From assembly GCA_016182555.1 (NCBI GenBank), contig JACPGJ010000008.1, positions 532,753 through 596,752 of the forward strand: a DNA stretch of 64,000 bases, in the 5' to 3' direction. A program made the translations under genes and the position numbers. Source of the DNA: Candidatus Kerfeldbacteria bacterium. Lineage in GTDB: Bacteria > Patescibacteriota > Patescibacteriia > UBA9570 > XYC2-FULL-38-9. The notes under the pieces are model-generated. The model was not told where the DNA came from. It did not search any database and saw only the letters and a list, made by a program, of their open reading frames with translations. Of this stretch, positions 31,040-41,022 are shown piece after piece (position 1 is the first letter of the stretch; every line of letters starts with the position of its first letter).

Positions 31040-31972
31040 ATGAACATCATTATTCACGGCTCACTCGCCTTCGACCGCATCATGAATTTTCCGGGCAAAT
31101 TTAAAGAGAATATTTTGCCAAACAAAATTCATAACTTGAATGTTTCATTCAATATTCACCAGATGGAAGAAATGCGTGGTGGAACGGGTGGCAATATTGT
31201 ATATACGCTGGCATTACTTGGTGAACACCCGGTACTCGTGAGCTGTATTGGCAAAGATGGCTCACCATATATTGAGTTTCTTCGCAACCATGGAGTAAAT
31301 ACCGAGCATATTACAACGGTTGAAAATGAAGTAACGGCAGTCTGCAATATTATCACTGACACAGACAACAACCAAATTACCGCATTTTTTGTTGGCGCAG
31401 CGGCACAACCTTCGAAATGCGATTTTTCTCAATGGCAACCAGAAGAGACATTGGTGGTGTTTGCTCCGGCCAATAATAAAACAGATTCCATGCACTATAT
31501 TGCGGACTGCCAACGTTTGGGCTTGCGCTACATTTTTGACCCCGGCCAAACAACGTATGATTATAATGGAAAAGAGTTAAAAGAAATTATTGGTGGTGCG
31601 TGGATGCTGGCGGTGAATGATTATGAACTGGAAGTAGTGTTGAAAAAAACTGGCTTGAGTGAACAAAATTTATTGGAACGCACGGAGGTGTTGCTGGTCA
31701 CGCTTGGAAAAAAAGGTTCGGTGATGAAAACGCGCGACGGAAAAATATTTGATATCCCGGCGTTTGTGCAAGACAAGTTGGTCGACCCCACTGGCGCAGG
31801 AGATGCGTATCGCGCCGGCTTGATTAAAGGATTAGCATTAGGAAAGTCGTTAGAAGAATGTGGGAAAATGGGTGCTTGTGCGGCATCCTACGCTATTGAA
31901 AAAGTGGGCACGCAACAACACACATTTACGTTGGCGGAATTTGACGCACGGTATAAAGCGTTTTTTGCTTAA
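31040..31972 (+). CDS. PfkB-family carbohydrate/nucleoside kinase
   Basis: GG motif (GGTGGNI) and PfkB signature DPTGAGDAYRAG. Start set at MNIII (31040); the ORF upstream extension overlaps glyA. Confidence 0.85.
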   Translation: MNIIIHGSLAFDRIMNFPGKFKENILPNKIHNLNVSFNIHQMEEMRGGTGGNIVYTLALLGEHPVLVSCIGKDGSPYIEFLRNHGVNTEHITTVENEVTAVCNIITDTDNNQITAFFVGAAAQPSKCDFSQWQPEETLVVFAPANNKTDSMHYIADCQRLGLRYIFDPGQTTYDYNGKELKEIIGGAWMLAVNDYELEVVLKKTGLSEQNLLERTEVLLVTLGKKGSVMKTRDGKIFDIPAFVQDKLVDPTGAGDAYRAGLIKGLALGKSLEECGKMGACAASYAIEKVGTQQHTFTLAEFDARYKAFFA

Positions 31973-32091
31973 ATATTCTTTATAAACAACAAGACCCCAA
32001 GTCCTGCAACATGTCACTGTACGTTTTTTAGGCGTATAGCGTCATGGCAAAAGTTGGGGCTTGCGCAATTCGTCAACATCACAGAGCCTGC

Positions 32092-32994
32092 TCAGCAGGC
32101 GAGAGCGTGGGAACCCAGCACATGCCGAGCCAGGAGCTCGACCACCGCACCCTCGCGAGCGGTGCGGCTCAGCTCGATCACGCCATGGGCCTTGGCATGG
32201 CCCGTACCCCTCGGCGCGAATGACTGCACCCGTGACAGGTGATTCGTTCCCTTCTCACCGATCGCCGAATCGCCACAGTGAACGATGCGCAGGTGTGAAG
32301 GGAGAACGCCAACCAACCTGGCGAGGCCATCCACTTTGTCGTATCCAGCAGGGGGCAAATAGAAATGCCCCTGCTCCGGAACAACCCAGGGGGTTTTCCG
32401 TCGGGCGAGCCCGAGCGCATCGGCCTCGTTGGCGAAAAAGCCTCCAACCTCCCGCACGAGCGCCGGTTCAGCTGGAAGCATATTTGCCAAAAAACCGAAA
32501 CCACGTGACCCATCGAAGACCAAACCCCTCTCCTTTCGGGAGGGATGGCCGTTGATCGACCTGATACCGTGGAGACGAACAGATTCTGCCACGCGATCCT
32601 TGAGGCGTGCGAATCGCAGCAGTACATCGCTGCGTTCCCTCTGCCCCATGAGATAGTGGTCGACGATCCGACCACTGGTTCGAATCTGAATGCGCGTGCC
32701 AAAATCAGCGACCCTAACCGGCATCATCAAAGATTGAATGCCCAGATACCGCATCCAAGTCTCGATTCCGGAAACAGGATTGTCCGAGGCGGCGACCAAA
32801 AGGACGCCGCTCTGTCGTGCGAGCCACATCATCCACGGCAGGTTTGGATCAAACCGATGCTCCGAGTCATACAAGTTGCCATCGAAATCAATCGCGGCGA
32901 GAGTATGCACACGAGCACCCGTCTGCCCCTCTTGCTCTGCAATGGCTGCTGAAACTGCCCTTTTCAAAAAAAACATATCGCCTCCGGCTCTCAT
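32092..32994 (-). CDS. HAD-superfamily hydrolase (HAD-IIB-like phosphatase) on a GC-rich island
   Basis: DFDGNL (motif I DxDG) and HCGDSAIGEKG (motif IV-like). Local GC is about 60%, against a window average in the low-to-mid 40s. Confidence 0.55.
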   Translation of the reverse strand: MRAGGDMFFLKRAVSAAIAEQEGQTGARVHTLAAIDFDGNLYDSEHRFDPNLPWMMWLARQSGVLLVAASDNPVSGIETWMRYLGIQSLMMPVRVADFGTRIQIRTSGRIVDHYLMGQRERSDVLLRFARLKDRVAESVRLHGIRSINGHPSRKERGLVFDGSRGFGFLANMLPAEPALVREVGGFFANEADALGLARRKTPWVVPEQGHFYLPPAGYDKVDGLARLVGVLPSHLRIVHCGDSAIGEKGTNHLSRVQSFAPRGTGHAKAHGVIELSRTAREGAVVELLARHVLGSHALAC

Positions 32995-33064
32995 TGTTGA
33001 CGTTCAAGGTGCGCGCGCTGCTTTTTCAGCGCTTTCCTATACACCGCTCAGGCGAGAGGTATAC

Positions 33065-33095
33065 AAAAAAGCCGCTGACAAAGCGGCTAATTATG
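33065..33095 (-). terminator. candidate hairpin terminator upstream of the HAD gene
   Basis: aaaaaaGCCGCTgacaaAGCGGCT: a 7-bp perfect stem that, read on the minus strand, is followed by TTTTTT. Confidence 0.35.
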
Positions 33096-33485
33096 CATGA
33101 AGGTGAAAAAAGTAATGGGGTTTTGGGGTGTAATAGACTTTCTTAGGTAATACATAGACATTCAATTTGCCCTACAGTATATACAAAATATTCTTTTTGT
33201 CAATACAGTTCATATTTTCGGGGAAAAAAAGAGGTGCTGCGCATATGCTACGATGTTCGGAAAAGGGTCTTCCCACCCAGCTAGGCCGGTCAACCGGCGT
33301 AGTGGGTCACGAGACCTCTTCTATTACGTGCACAGCCGCACCTCGTGCCTCCTCCCCCTGCACGGGATCAACGGAGACCGCCCCCCCCCTGAAAAAAAAC
33401 GGGGGCTCCTCTGCGGATATTTTTTACCCGAAAGAGGCTATTTTTTAAAAAACGAATTTGGCTTTATGGCCAAGCACATTATATA

Positions 33486-33518
33486 TAGATGAGCATTTTT
33501 GTCAATGCTCATCTATTC
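33486..33518. repeat. perfect 13-bp inverted repeat at the right edge of the GC-rich island, overlapping the stop codon of the phosphodiesterase gene
   Basis: ATAGATGAGCATT tttgtca AATGCTCATCTAT with no following T-run. Confidence 0.5.
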
Positions 33519-34794
33519 ACAAGATTTCCACTGTTAAAAATGGAATGTCCGTCTCTTCTGGAGTGAGCCCGCCATGAGAACCATAAAGAGTTTGTTCAAA
33601 GCGGCCTTCTTCAAACCAATACACGCCTTGTCCAGCAAATGGCAGAATCACGACATTTCCTAAACGTTCACGAAACGAAGGATAAACAGGCAACCCAAAC
33701 AGACCTTGGTTCAATAATTCATCAATATGATACACCTCTGCAACTCCATTCAACAACGATTTGAGTTTCTTTATCACCGTGGCAACCATTATTGGTTGAA
33801 TATGTAAAAATAAATCACGAGCAGACCCACCACCGGGAATGAGCAACTCGCCAGCTTTATTGCGTTGAATATATTTTTCAATTTCAGGAAAAATAGTATT
33901 GATATATACGGTAGCCGCAGGAGTCAAATCTGTTTGTCCATGATCAGCAGTTTGCACCAAAATCGTATTCTGCATATTCCCCCGAAGAGCGCTATACACT
34001 TGCTGTTCAAGAATAGTGAATGTTCGTTCCGCTGCTGCAAGCGTCTCCGGAGATTGCATACCATGTTTGTGACTTGCACTATCAATTTCATCATTATAGA
34101 AAAAATAATATGCTGGCCCTTCGGTTTGCTGAATTGTTTCTGCTAATTGTCTTGCACCATCTTCTAACGACTGATACGGTAATACATTCGCTCCAGCAAA
34201 TAAAATATCAGAATATGTTGATGGGGTGTAACCAGCATACTGAAAAATGTAAGAAGGAATATTCTGTTCGGCAAGTTGTTGGTAAAATGTTTGTTTGGGA
34301 AAAATATTTCGAGGATCTATACCAGCTTCCCGTACCGTTTCACGTTGCTTGTCACCAGCAAACGAAAATAATAATGGGGCAATCAAACGATCAACCGTTG
34401 GTTCATAACAAAACCATTCATACAAACCATGCTCATTTATTGATTGCCCAGAATGGATTGTAGTTAAATTTGCTGATGTGGTTGAAGGAAATTGCGTGGT
34501 CAATTTTGAAGTAACTCCTTCGTTCACAAAACGTTGTAACCACGGATATTGATGGTGAAAACGATTAAAAAATACCCAACCAAATCCATCAATCAAAAAA
34601 ACAATTATTTTGTCATATTGTTGAGCGGTTTTTGGCAACACATCTAATGGCAAGCCAGGATGTTTCGTTCCGCGGAGGAGATTCTGAATGGTATTTGGTA
34701 TACCTGAAAAACAGTACGAATCATACAACGGTTTTCTAAAAGTTTTTCCAAAAAAAGATTGATCAACTGCACGTATAGAATTTTGATTCAACAT
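33517..34794 (-). CDS. alkaline-phosphatase-superfamily enzyme (type I phosphodiesterase / nucleotide pyrophosphatase-like)
   Basis: FLIDGFGW metal-site motif, a catalytic T/S region and C-terminal HGG. Confidence 0.7.
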   Translation of the reverse strand: MLNQNSIRAVDQSFFGKTFRKPLYDSYCFSGIPNTIQNLLRGTKHPGLPLDVLPKTAQQYDKIIVFLIDGFGWVFFNRFHHQYPWLQRFVNEGVTSKLTTQFPSTTSANLTTIHSGQSINEHGLYEWFCYEPTVDRLIAPLLFSFAGDKQRETVREAGIDPRNIFPKQTFYQQLAEQNIPSYIFQYAGYTPSTYSDILFAGANVLPYQSLEDGARQLAETIQQTEGPAYYFFYNDEIDSASHKHGMQSPETLAAAERTFTILEQQVYSALRGNMQNTILVQTADHGQTDLTPAATVYINTIFPEIEKYIQRNKAGELLIPGGGSARDLFLHIQPIMVATVIKKLKSLLNGVAEVYHIDELLNQGLFGLPVYPSFRERLGNVVILPFAGQGVYWFEEGRFEQTLYGSHGGLTPEETDIPFLTVEIL

Positions 34795-34960
34795 ATAATG
34801 AAATGAAAATAGATGAACGCATTCTAGCAGATATTATTCGAACGACCAAACATAAAATATAACGTGATTACGATCTGTTCAATGGTCTTGGAGAGTTTCA
34901 CGGAAAAGCTGGGGTGTATTCACATATTATGACAATTCAAATTACTCAAAGTAAAAAATA

Positions 34961-35659
34961 GTGTATCATGACATGATGAAAAATATTTTACAATTACAAA
35001 CATATTTGCAGGAACAACGAATACACGGCTTAGCCGTGGATATTGATGAAACGCTTTCCTGGACCATTGGATACTGGGTTGAACAAATGCAGATGCATTT
35101 TGGAAACCCTGAACAATTGAGTGTGCAAGAACTCGTTGCAAAATATCAGTATACGCAAAACGTGCCCTATTGGCAGACAGAAGAAGCATTACAGTGGATG
35201 GAAGATCAACGGAATTCAGATGAATTACAAACAAAACTACCGCTTATTCCAGATTCAAATACGACGCTTCGGGAGATCAATAACATTATTCCTGTGGTTG
35301 CCTATATAACTATTCGACCAGAATCTGTGGTGAACGGGACACAACACTGGTTGAATGCGCATGGCTTCCCGTCAGCAGAGATTATTGCTCGCCCGAGCAA
35401 CATTCCAACGAACAAAGGAAATCAATGGAAAGCAGACACGCTCCAACAATTGTATCCGCAGGTGATTGGTATTATTGATGATAGCCCACATGTGGTGGAA
35501 TCATTATCAGCAGATTATCCAGGAGAAGTATATTTTTATAATACGGCGAAACCAAAAAGAACAGATATTCGTATTATCCCCTGCCCCACCTGGCAAGATG
35601 TTCTCACGCATTGCAAGAAAAACGTGAACAAGGCGACACAAGTGATCGCAATGGATTAA
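34961..35659 (+). CDS. HAD-like hydrolase resembling 5'(3')-deoxyribonucleotidase (NT5C family)
   Basis: VDIDETLS (DxDxT) and GIIDDSP motifs. Confidence 0.55.
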   Translation: MYHDMMKNILQLQTYLQEQRIHGLAVDIDETLSWTIGYWVEQMQMHFGNPEQLSVQELVAKYQYTQNVPYWQTEEALQWMEDQRNSDELQTKLPLIPDSNTTLREINNIIPVVAYITIRPESVVNGTQHWLNAHGFPSAEIIARPSNIPTNKGNQWKADTLQQLYPQVIGIIDDSPHVVESLSADYPGEVYFYNTAKPKRTDIRIIPCPTWQDVLTHCKKNVNKATQVIAMD

Positions 35660-36885
35660 AGTTCACTCCAAGGAATAGCGGTAATATTCTCCGCTAATTT
35701 CTCTTTTCTCTCACCCATGGTAATGACATATCCTTCTTGCGCTTGCTTTGGATAATCATTCAAAAAAATCTTCAACCCTTGTAATTCTGAATCAACAACA
35801 GTTTTTGAACTTTTAATTTCAATCGGAATCACCTTGTCGCCCATATCAATAATACAGTCCACTTCCGCACCAGTCGATGTTCTCCAGAAACAGACACGAT
35901 AATTTTTATTCAACACACGTACGCGGCGAATAATTTCCAACATGACGGCATGTTCAAACAACGTTCCTTTCTGTGTATTGATTGTTTCGTGCTCTAGCGG
36001 AAAACGAGCCAAAGCATTACGCACGCCGATATCAAAAAAATAATATCGCGATGAAGAAAGAATACGCTTACGGGCATTTTTCAAATATGGTTCGACACGT
36101 TCAATAATCAACGTGTCTTCTAATACCTGATAAAATTCTTTCACCGCCGGCAAGCTTACTCCGGATTCATTGGATAATTTTGTTAAATTTGGATTGGTAC
36201 CAGATTCCACTGCAGCCAATTCTAAAAACCGCGAGAACGCTCCTATTTTACGCAATACCGCTTCTGCACGAATCTCTTCTTCCAAATATATTTCTGTATA
36301 CGCACGGAGCACATCTCCTCGCTCTTGTTGAGGTAATTGAATGATTCCGGGCAGAGAACCAAAAATCAACGAATCTAAAAAAGAAAAAGATCGGTTGTCA
36401 TTAATATTGGCAAGTGCAATCGGGTCTATTGTATTCTCTTTGATCCACCCCAATTCACCCCAGAGGAGAGGATCCATAAAAAATCGCTTAATACGCCCGG
36501 GTAATAAATTTGCGCCACTACGTCGTAATTTTCTTGCAGAAGATCCGGTCAATACACAATAGGCTTTGTGCTGGTCAATCAATAACTGCACGGCATCAAA
36601 CAGCTCTGGTATTTTTTGCGCTTCATCTATATAAACGAGCGGAGTATATTTCAATGCTTCTACTTGGCGAATAATTTTGCCCGGATCTTTTTCCAGATCT
36701 ATACGCACCGTGGGGTCTTGAAGGAGGTATTCCAAACGCTGAGTAACCGCTGTAATCATCGTATTCACAAGAGTGGTTTTACCCACCTGGCGGGGACCTA
36801 AAATTAAACAGGACTGCTTTTTCGCTATACATTGCTGTAATTCAGCATCAATATATCGTAACAACACTTTATTTTTACCTTGCAT
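35656..36885 (-). CDS. AAA+ ATPase with a DUF4143-type C-terminal domain
   Basis: Walker A GPRQVGKTT, Walker B VYIDEAQ, about 400 aa; paralogous to the ORF at 41023-42381. Confidence 0.8.
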   Translation of the reverse strand: MQGKNKVLLRYIDAELQQCIAKKQSCLILGPRQVGKTTLVNTMITAVTQRLEYLLQDPTVRIDLEKDPGKIIRQVEALKYTPLVYIDEAQKIPELFDAVQLLIDQHKAYCVLTGSSARKLRRSGANLLPGRIKRFFMDPLLWGELGWIKENTIDPIALANINDNRSFSFLDSLIFGSLPGIIQLPQQERGDVLRAYTEIYLEEEIRAEAVLRKIGAFSRFLELAAVESGTNPNLTKLSNESGVSLPAVKEFYQVLEDTLIIERVEPYLKNARKRILSSSRYYFFDIGVRNALARFPLEHETINTQKGTLFEHAVMLEIIRRVRVLNKNYRVCFWRTSTGAEVDCIIDMGDKVIPIEIKSSKTVVDSELQGLKIFLNDYPKQAQEGYVITMGERKEKLAENITAIPWSEL

Positions 36886-36953
36886 AAATAAAGTGTAGTT
36901 TATATTTGTATATTTGTCAAGATTTATTACGCGACCACAATCACTGACGCAGA

Positions 36954-38000
36954 CTACAGTGAATCACTTGAAGTTGTAAGAAGTTTTTTATACAGCGGGC
37001 TATGCTGATTCTTATCGCATATTGCCCATACTTGAAATGCAATATGGTGGGCAGCTTTTTCCAGTTCAACTTTTTCTGTCATGGGAGCAATATCAATCGA
37101 TTGTTTTTTTCCTTCTTTAAGAAGCAGACAATCAATTTCATATCCATAACTATCTTCATCAGAACCATTTTTATCCCACGCTACATTTTCTTTTTGAATA
37201 TCTAATTGTTTACAAAAAAATATTGTGCCTAAAAAATATTTTTCATTCAGTATCCGTTGAATGTGTTCTATTTCTTCATTAAAATATGGCGGCATGGAAT
37301 CAACTGTTTTCGTGTTACTCAGCATAAGTTTCAACGCAAAAATCGTATCACTCTTCAGCTTGGCTCGTGTGGAATTTTTTTGTGCATCAGTCAGCAATTC
37401 CCCTAAACCATCAAGAATGTGCTTATTATCCATTTTTTCAAGCAGTTGAATGCATTCGGCTAATACGTTTGCAAATGGCATTTTTGCACGCTGCTCCACA
37501 ATATTTTTATTGATCCCCCAACCATTCTTTGCAAAAAACCGAACATCAAAAATATCACGGCTAGTTTTTCCCACACGTTCAAGCATTGCCATAAGTTTAT
37601 TGGCAAACATATCTTCCTGTACCATGACGGACATGGAAATACCGAGAGCTGTTTTCATTTCGTACCGAGAGCCAAATTTTCTTCGATTCACTTCCACTTT
37701 TATTTTTGGCGCTCCGGGGGTATGCGAAATAATAAGACAAAGATTAAACCGTTTTATACGTGAATACGTGATCGTTCCATAATTGGAAACAATTTTTTGT
37801 AACTTTTCAAATACAGCAGATTCTTTTTGTTCATCTAGCAAATCAAAATCCAAATCAACAGAGTCACGGTTTAACCCATAAAACAATAGCGCGGCGGTAC
37901 CACCTTTAAAACCCAAACACGTGGCAAGGGTCGTGTCAGAATACACATCTTTTAAAATATAGAGTAATAAGGCTTTGTGTTTTGAGTAGTCCGTAGTCAT
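36954..38000 (-). CDS. AbiEii-family nucleotidyltransferase toxin (type IV toxin-antitoxin / abortive infection)
   Basis: LGFKGGTAAL and RDSVDLDFDL motifs characteristic of DUF1814/AbiEii. Its ATG overlaps the stop of the upstream AbiEi-like gene as ATGA. Confidence 0.7.
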   Translation of the reverse strand: MTTDYSKHKALLLYILKDVYSDTTLATCLGFKGGTAALLFYGLNRDSVDLDFDLLDEQKESAVFEKLQKIVSNYGTITYSRIKRFNLCLIISHTPGAPKIKVEVNRRKFGSRYEMKTALGISMSVMVQEDMFANKLMAMLERVGKTSRDIFDVRFFAKNGWGINKNIVEQRAKMPFANVLAECIQLLEKMDNKHILDGLGELLTDAQKNSTRAKLKSDTIFALKLMLSNTKTVDSMPPYFNEEIEHIQRILNEKYFLGTIFFCKQLDIQKENVAWDKNGSDEDSYGYEIDCLLLKEGKKQSIDIAPMTEKVELEKAAHHIAFQVWAICDKNQHSPLYKKLLTTSSDSL

Positions 38001-38596
38001 GCATTTAGGCGTTTATAGTATTCAAAATATTCTTTCACTTTTTTTTCCATTCTTTTATTGTGGTAAATGGGTACCAGCTCAAAAACAGCTTCCCAATTCA
38101 ATGTATCTATATTATCAAAATGGTAATCCTTACTAATATACATTCTATCTAAAAACGCTCTTTCTGCTGTTGCTATAGCATAACCACCAGACTGTTGAAC
38201 TCCAGCTGTATTACTTAATACATAGTCTTTCATTCGCACATAAGAAATTTTTTGGCCATCAACAACAATTTCACGCGTCACATAGGATGCAACAAAAATA
38301 TTGTTATAATATTGAAAATTTATTCCTGCGCGAGTAAGCACTGTTTCAAAGCTGATATATGCGGGAGTATAGATTCGAGTCGCCAATTCAAAACGATCAT
38401 AACGTATGTCTTTAGCATAAAAACCACGTCGTATTCGTAGTAACTTTCCCGCTTGAACATATTTATGTAACCTGTTCGTGATCGTCGCCTCTCGCTCTTC
38501 ACCCCATAACAAAGCCACGTCTTTCGTTGAAAAGACGGTTTGAGGAGATCGGAGTAAAACCTCTACATATTCACCTTTTATTGCTTTTTTATCCAT
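37997..38596 (-). CDS. AbiEi-family antitoxin / transcriptional regulator
   Basis: About 200 aa protein with an N-terminal wHTH-like region, translationally coupled to the AbiEii gene. Confidence 0.65.
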   Translation of the reverse strand: MDKKAIKGEYVEVLLRSPQTVFSTKDVALLWGEEREATITNRLHKYVQAGKLLRIRRGFYAKDIRYDRFELATRIYTPAYISFETVLTRAGINFQYYNNIFVASYVTREIVVDGQKISYVRMKDYVLSNTAGVQQSGGYAIATAERAFLDRMYISKDYHFDNIDTLNWEAVFELVPIYHNKRMEKKVKEYFEYYKRLNA

Positions 38597-38684
38597 ATAT
38601 TTACTGGAAATGACTTTAAAAGCAGTTTCCAGTATAATTATATAGCATTACTCGAAAAAGTGCAAGATAATACCCTCAATACTA

Positions 38685-40244
38685 TTACAACGTTTTCACC
38701 ATATACTCCCCTTCCAGGGTATAACCTAATTTCGTACGAAAATATTCTCGCACACCAATACCAGCGATGACGGCTATTTTTTTGTATCCAGCGTCACGAG
38801 CAAGCATCTCCGCTTCGGCCATCAACCGACGACCAAAACCAATATGCTGAACCGCGCCACCGCCAGAATCAATTGGCGCTAACTTTCCGTAGGTATGAAT
38901 CTCTCGAATAATCGCCGCGTCTTGTAATTCTGGAATCCAATGCTTCGGCAACTGCTGTAAACGTAATCGCGTAAATGCGTACAATGTTTTCTTATCCGGC
39001 GATTCACAACTCAAAAAAATTTCGCGCCCACCAGAGGCTTCATAATCGCGCCGAACAATTTCCACATCATCCCACGCCACGACCGCGTTCTGTGGTTCAC
39101 GGCATCGAATACACCGGCACTCAACGCCTTGCTGCTGCATCACTTGTCGCAAATTCGTTATGGTGTTGCCGGCGTGAATGGATTCGCTTGGAATATCACG
39201 CACGAGCCGTTCAATACGCACCCATTCTGGTACGCGTTTTTTTATTTCCACTAACAACCGGAGCAGTTCTTCTGGCGTATACGGCGTGTACTTCCCTTCT
39301 TTCCACCAACGGTACAACACCGCGGTTTTAATCACTGCGGTCGGGTAAATTTTAATATGATCGGGTTGAAAATCTGGTGTGTAAAACGCATCTTCAATCG
39401 TTTTCACATCGGATTCAAACGTGGAACCGGGCAAATCTTGCATATAGTGATGCGAAATTTTGAACCCCGCTTCTTTTAACAACCGAGTCGCCCGAATCAC
39501 CTGCTCGTTGGTTTGGTCACGCTTGGTTAAGCGTAAGACTGCTTCGTCGGTAGATTGCACACCAAGTTGCACACGCGTACACCCTAAACGACGCATCCGC
39601 CGCGCTTCAGCGTATGTCACATGGTCTGGTCGCGTTTCAAGGGTTAAGCCAATGACACGATGTGAGGCCGTTTCATTCCGCTGCTTCGCTTCTTCAAATG
39701 TGCGGCAGCGTTGTTCATTAAACGCATCAAAACACCGTTTCAAAAACCACGTTTGATATGTTTTATCGTAGGCTGTCCATGTTCCCCCAAGCACAATGAG
39801 TTCACATTTATCTGTCACGTGTCCGTTGGCGCGCAATGACTCTAATCGCGTACTCACCTGCCGATATGGATCAAAATTATTGCGCAACGCCCGCGCCGCA
39901 CCGGGTTCGTTTGCTAGGTACGATTTGGGCATACGTGCTTCCGTGGGGCAATACACACACCGGCCAGGACAAAAATAGGGCTTGGTCAACACGGTAATCA
40001 CCGCCACTCCCGAAAGGTTTCGTATTTTGCGCTTGGAAAACAAACTCCACAGTGCTTCATTTTTTTCCAGCGTGCCGGCATCGATTAAACGGCGATATTC
40101 TGTTAAAATATCGGAGTTCGGTAACATCTCAATATCAAACTCTTTGGCAACAGCGGCCTTAATTTTTTTGAGCTCGGGATCAGTAGTGACTCCCCGCTCA
40201 ATCGCTCGATAAATAATTTGGTGAATTGCTTCTGGTGAAGACAT
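38685..40244 (-). CDS. elp3: Elp3-like radical-SAM / GNAT tRNA U34 carboxymethyl-uridine synthase
   Basis: Radical-SAM cysteine cluster CPGRCVYC, a long radical-SAM barrel and a C-terminal GNAT-like domain. Start set at MSSPEA (40242-40244); the ORF extends to 40313. Confidence 0.85.
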   Translation of the reverse strand: MSSPEAIHQIIYRAIERGVTTDPELKKIKAAVAKEFDIEMLPNSDILTEYRRLIDAGTLEKNEALWSLFSKRKIRNLSGVAVITVLTKPYFCPGRCVYCPTEARMPKSYLANEPGAARALRNNFDPYRQVSTRLESLRANGHVTDKCELIVLGGTWTAYDKTYQTWFLKRCFDAFNEQRCRTFEEAKQRNETASHRVIGLTLETRPDHVTYAEARRMRRLGCTRVQLGVQSTDEAVLRLTKRDQTNEQVIRATRLLKEAGFKISHHYMQDLPGSTFESDVKTIEDAFYTPDFQPDHIKIYPTAVIKTAVLYRWWKEGKYTPYTPEELLRLLVEIKKRVPEWVRIERLVRDIPSESIHAGNTITNLRQVMQQQGVECRCIRCREPQNAVVAWDDVEIVRRDYEASGGREIFLSCESPDKKTLYAFTRLRLQQLPKHWIPELQDAAIIREIHTYGKLAPIDSGGGAVQHIGFGRRLMAEAEMLARDAGYKKIAVIAGIGVREYFRTKLGYTLEGEYMVKTL

Positions 40245-40964
40245 ATGGATAACAGAACAGCAAAAAAAATTTTGAATAGCGTGCGGAGAGACTACAACAC
40301 CATTGCTGCACACTTTTCGGATACCCGTTCACAACAATGGCCGGCCGTTCGCGCATTGGTGCAACAATATATCACCCCTGGAAAAATCGTGCTCGACCTG
40401 GGGTGTGGTAATGGCAGACTAGCTGATGTTGTCACTGAAATCAAGGCAAACTATATCGGCATCGATGTATCTCCAGAACTCATTGCCCGCGCACAACAAT
40501 TACGCCCCGATAACGTTTTTCGCGTCGGCACCATGATGCAGATTCCCTTGCCAGACAACAGCGTTGATCATACGCTCCTCATCGCCAGCCTGCACCATAT
40601 TCCTTCCCTTGCCTACCGCATCCAAACACTGCAAGAAATAAAACGGGTAACACGACCAGGTGGGTACATTATTTGTATGAATTGGAACCTGCACCAGTGG
40701 CGATTTTGGAAATTGCGCTTGCGTTGGAATGCGCGCAAACTGTTCAGGCGTCACCACATGGACTGGAACGATACGCTGGTACCATGGAAAAACCCCGCAG
40801 GCGCCATACTCGCGGAGCGGTACTACCACGGGTTTACAGAACAGGAAATAAAAAAATTAGCAAAAAAAATTAGCTTGCCGTTAGTCCAACAATATTACGA
40901 AACCCATGGCACTCACGTTCCTAGGTACCGTGGGCAAAACTTGGTGAGTATATTGAAAAAATAA
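40245..40964 (+). CDS. class I SAM-dependent methyltransferase, Trm9-like (candidate cm5U to mcm5U methyl esterase)
   Basis: VLDLGCGNGR; LLIASLHHIPSL...RVTRPGGYIICMNW; C-terminal RYYHGFTEQEI resembling the Trm9 YYH.F.E motif. Confidence 0.65.
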   Translation: MDNRTAKKILNSVRRDYNTIAAHFSDTRSQQWPAVRALVQQYITPGKIVLDLGCGNGRLADVVTEIKANYIGIDVSPELIARAQQLRPDNVFRVGTMMQIPLPDNSVDHTLLIASLHHIPSLAYRIQTLQEIKRVTRPGGYIICMNWNLHQWRFWKLRLRWNARKLFRRHHMDWNDTLVPWKNPAGAILAERYYHGFTEQEIKKLAKKISLPLVQQYYETHGTHVPRYRGQNLVSILKK

Positions 40965-41022
40965 TGTCACTTGAAATCGATCATTCCATTTTGCACTATT
41001 TTTTGGAGTGATGCGCTCCAAG

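Noticed and set aside
32676-32685. GGTTCGAATC, a textbook tRNA T-loop consensus, suggested a tRNA or tmRNA in the GC-rich island.
   Set aside because: It lies inside the HAD-hydrolase reading frame (encoding ...RIQIRTSGR... on the minus strand). No acceptor, D-arm or anticodon arm can be folded around it.
32061-32952. Several long overlapping plus-strand ORFs (32061-32555, 32545-32952, 32738-33146) and a minus-strand one (32178-32702) in the GC-rich island.
   Set aside because: Stop codons are rare in 60% GC DNA, so all frames stay open. Only the 32092-32994 minus ORF shows family motifs (HAD); the others are low-complexity Arg/Pro/Ala-rich translations.
33100-33450. GC-rich non-coding stretch with hairpins and a C9 run, considered as a structured RNA (RNase P RNA, tmRNA, SRP RNA or riboswitch).
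   Set aside because: None of the conserved cores I know (RNase P P4 GGAAAGUCCGGGC, tmRNA tag/T-arm, SRP GGAA-type domain IV) is present on either strand. Left as unexplained non-coding sequence belonging to the island.
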